This document shows, piece after piece, positions 62,068-64,000 of a DNA stretch of 64,000 bases. The notes below the pieces were generated by a model. It worked only from the letters and a program-made list of their open reading frames with translations. It was not told the origin of the DNA and made no database searches. This DNA comes from a virus (taxonomy: Duplodnaviria; Heunggongvirae; Uroviricota; Caudoviricetes). A program made the position numbers and the translations under genes. The DNA lies in IMG/VR virus record IMGVR_UViG_3300037487_000968, positions 141,280 through 205,279 of that record; one strand, given 5' to 3'. Position 1 is the stretch's first letter; every line of letters begins with the position of its first letter.

Positions 62068-64000
62068 TTAGCTTTGAGCTACTTGGTATGTGAATATCAC
62101 TTTGCATGTCGATCCCGATGTTGCGCCTGTACCTGCAACAGTAGCGTTAACTTGCTCGCTTGCACCAATTGTAAAGAATGTTTCAGCCATATACATACCT
62201 GCAGTTTGTGTATCATTCTCTGCAGTTGTCATGAATGCTGCTACGCCATCAGTGGCAGTACCAACAGATAATGTTGCAGCCGAATCAGGTGTTGTAACAA
62301 TAACCTTAACAGAAAGAACTGTTGCACCTGCTGGTATAAGAGTACCAATTGCTACGGTAGCATTTGTTGCCAAAGAAACTGTAGCTTGGAAAGACTTAAT
62401 AGCACCAGCGGACGCACCAGCAGCAATAGCATGATCAACATAGTATTTGTTGGTTAATGCTGTATCAATTGTTGCAATTGCGCCAGCATATGATGCTGCT
62501 GTTTGACCGGCTACATCAACATAGCTAAGTGCTGTAGGACTTAAAACAACATTTCCTAATATCGATTGTAATGTTAATACTGTGTTACCGATAACACTAA
62601 GTGGTGTGCCTGCATCTGATTGGATAACACCGCTGCCGGCTGGTCCAATAACAACTGTACCATCGCCGTTTGGCATAAGAACAATGCTTGAATTAGTATC
62701 TAATGAAGTAAGTGTTACATTTAGACCTGATGGACTGGTGCCTGTTTCTAAAGTAGCACCAGTAGAACCACCAATTTCTAATAAACCAGTTCCTGCTGCT
62801 GGTGTAAATTTAAATAACGAGCTCGATTCTAATGATGATTCTCCACCATACAGCAACTGATTAGCAGGAACTGATGTTAAGCCAGTACCACCGTGTGCTA
62901 CGTCAACTGTCTTAAGCGAAACTGCACCTGCTGTAGTACTGAAAGAAGCTGTATTGAAGCTTGCAACACCTTTTAATGTTGTTGATGCACTTTGAACTGT
63001 TACACTATATGTACCTGTATCTACCGATGTGAATACACCCTGGTCCGAATCGCCCACGATCACCAATGTATCGCCTAGTACTATTTCACCAGTCCCAGAG
63101 TCAGCATTTAAAGTAAATCCATCATTCACAAGCATAGCATTTGTTACACCTGTTGCAGCAATACCTAACGCAGAACCTGTTGCCTGTGTAAGGCCGCCGC
63201 CTGATACAAGAGCCAATGCCAACTGTCCGCCAAGTCCACTTGTATTAAGAGCACTCCCGGTTACTATGTCTAAGGTAATATCATTACCTTCAGTAGTTGT
63301 AAGACCAGCACCTAAGTTTGCGTCAATTACTGTACCAGCGACTGTAACACCAGTACCACCACTGTATGCACCAGCACCTGAGAACTGTACCCAGTTTTGA
63401 TAATTACCAGGCTCGCCCATGTTAACTAAATAATGATTAGACTGAACCCAGCCGGTATTAGCAAAAGTAGTACCTTCTAATATGAAAATAGAAGCACCGA
63501 CTAACTCTGTATATACATCGGCATCGCTCGAACGTGTGAGAGTGTAGGCATATGATCCAGGTGTTCCAGTCACTGTAGCAACATAAATACCTTCTTCGGC
63601 ATGATCTGTTTGGGCAGTTAATAGAATTCGATATCCGGTATTTGTAGTGTCAAGAACAGGGTGACCATCAATTACAAGATTGGTACCAGTTAATGGAACA
63701 TTTACATTAGATAATAATTCAGCTGCTTGTTTCCAAGTTAATCCGCTAACCTGATTATCAACATATTGTTTTGAAGCTGCTGCTGTTGGTCCCGATGGTA
63801 GTGCAGGAAGACCTAATACTTCACCACCGCCAACGAATGTTAAATTCGCTGCAGATGCCATTGAATCACCGGCAACATTCACATATGTAGCATCTACTAA
63901 TGCTGTGATATCAGATGTAACGACTGCTGTTGTACCAGTAACACGACCGTATGTATCACGAGCAACTTTAACGAAAGAACCAGTACCTGAATCAGAAACT
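62068..64000 (-). CDS. Tail-fibre-like structural protein (5' end truncated by the window edge)
   Basis: Gly/Thr/Ser/Ala-rich beta-type composition with GGTG-containing repeats. The frame stays open upstream of the GTG at 63882 through to position 64000. Confidence 0.55.
   Translation of the reverse strand, partial: VSDSGTGSFVKVARDTYGRVTGTTAVVTSDITALVDATYVNVAGDSMASAANLTFVGGGEVLGLPALPSGPTAAASKQYVDNQVSGLTWKQAAELLSNVNVPLTGTNLVIDGHPVLDTTNTGYRILLTAQTDHAEEGIYVATVTGTPGSYAYTLTRSSDADVYTELVGASIFILEGTTFANTGWVQSNHYLVNMGEPGNYQNWVQFSGAGAYSGGTGVTVAGTVIDANLGAGLTTTEGNDITLDIVTGSALNTSGLGGQLALALVSGGGLTQATGSALGIAATGVTNAMLVNDGFTLNADSGTGEIVLGDTLVIVGDSDQGVFTSVDTGTYSVTVQSASTTLKGVASFNTASFSTTAGAVSLKTVDVAHGGTGLTSVPANQLLYGGESSLESSSLFKFTPAAGTGLLEIGGSTGATLETGTSPSGLNVTLTSLDTNSSIVLMPNGDGTVVIGPAGSGVIQSDAGTPLSVIGNTVLTLQSILGNVVLSPTALSYVDVAGQTAASYAGAIATIDTALTNKYYVDHAIAAGASAGAIKSFQATVSLATNATVAIGTLIPAGATVLSVKVIVTTPDSAATLSVGTATDGVAAFMTTAENDTQTAGMYMAETFFTIGASEQVNATVAGTGATSGSTCKVIFTYQVAQS

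Noticed and set aside
1-64000. CRISPR arrays, rRNA genes, integrase/att sites, transposase genes
   Set aside because: No regularly spaced direct repeats with unique spacers. No rRNA-like conserved stretches. No tyrosine or serine recombinase or DDE motifs found in any frame. The window looks like a lytic T4-like genome segment.

Overview
This 64-kb window looks like a segment of a large lytic T4-like dsDNA phage genome. Almost every gene is on the minus strand, with tight 1/4/8-nt start-stop overlaps and no rRNA or CRISPR arrays. T4-like identity rests on a family-B DNA polymerase (FDIET, SLYPS and YGDTDS motifs), an RNase H that aligns closely with T4 rnh, a gp45-like clamp candidate, an ATP-dependent DNA ligase and two TATAAATA late-promoter matches. 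The window also holds 3 dispersed tRNAs (Leu-TAA, Met-CAT, Arg-TCT), three HNH and one GIY-YIG homing endonucleases, and a partial tail-fibre gene at the right edge. The most notable feature is a 7-deazaguanine DNA-modification cluster: a TGT-family DpdA-like transglycosylase (DSGGFQ), QueD, and a QueE radical-SAM enzyme interrupted by a 321-aa intein inserted inside the CX3CX2C cluster motif. Between them sit a glycosyltransferase, a GalE-like epimerase, MazG, a DHH phosphoesterase and an unassigned 247-aa protein. A second notable feature is a tandem array of tiny translationally coupled genes (33.6-35.4 kb). Four consecutive gene junctions there reuse the same 21-nt cassette in two reading frames, and six members of an 'FAELIV(R/K)EC...KHFGVE' paralog family are scattered through it. 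Other cargo includes IscU, a CobS-like MoxR ATPase plus a VWA protein, a macro domain next to an AAA ATPase, an SPFH/NfeD-like pair, a PBP5-like DD-carboxypeptidase, a SleB-like hydrolase and a lambda-type Ser/Thr phosphatase. Several noncoding regions carry structured repeats: a duplicated hairpin element, a 16-bp perfect inverted repeat, roughly 100-bp degenerate tandem repeats, and iteron-like GGATTTT repeats.
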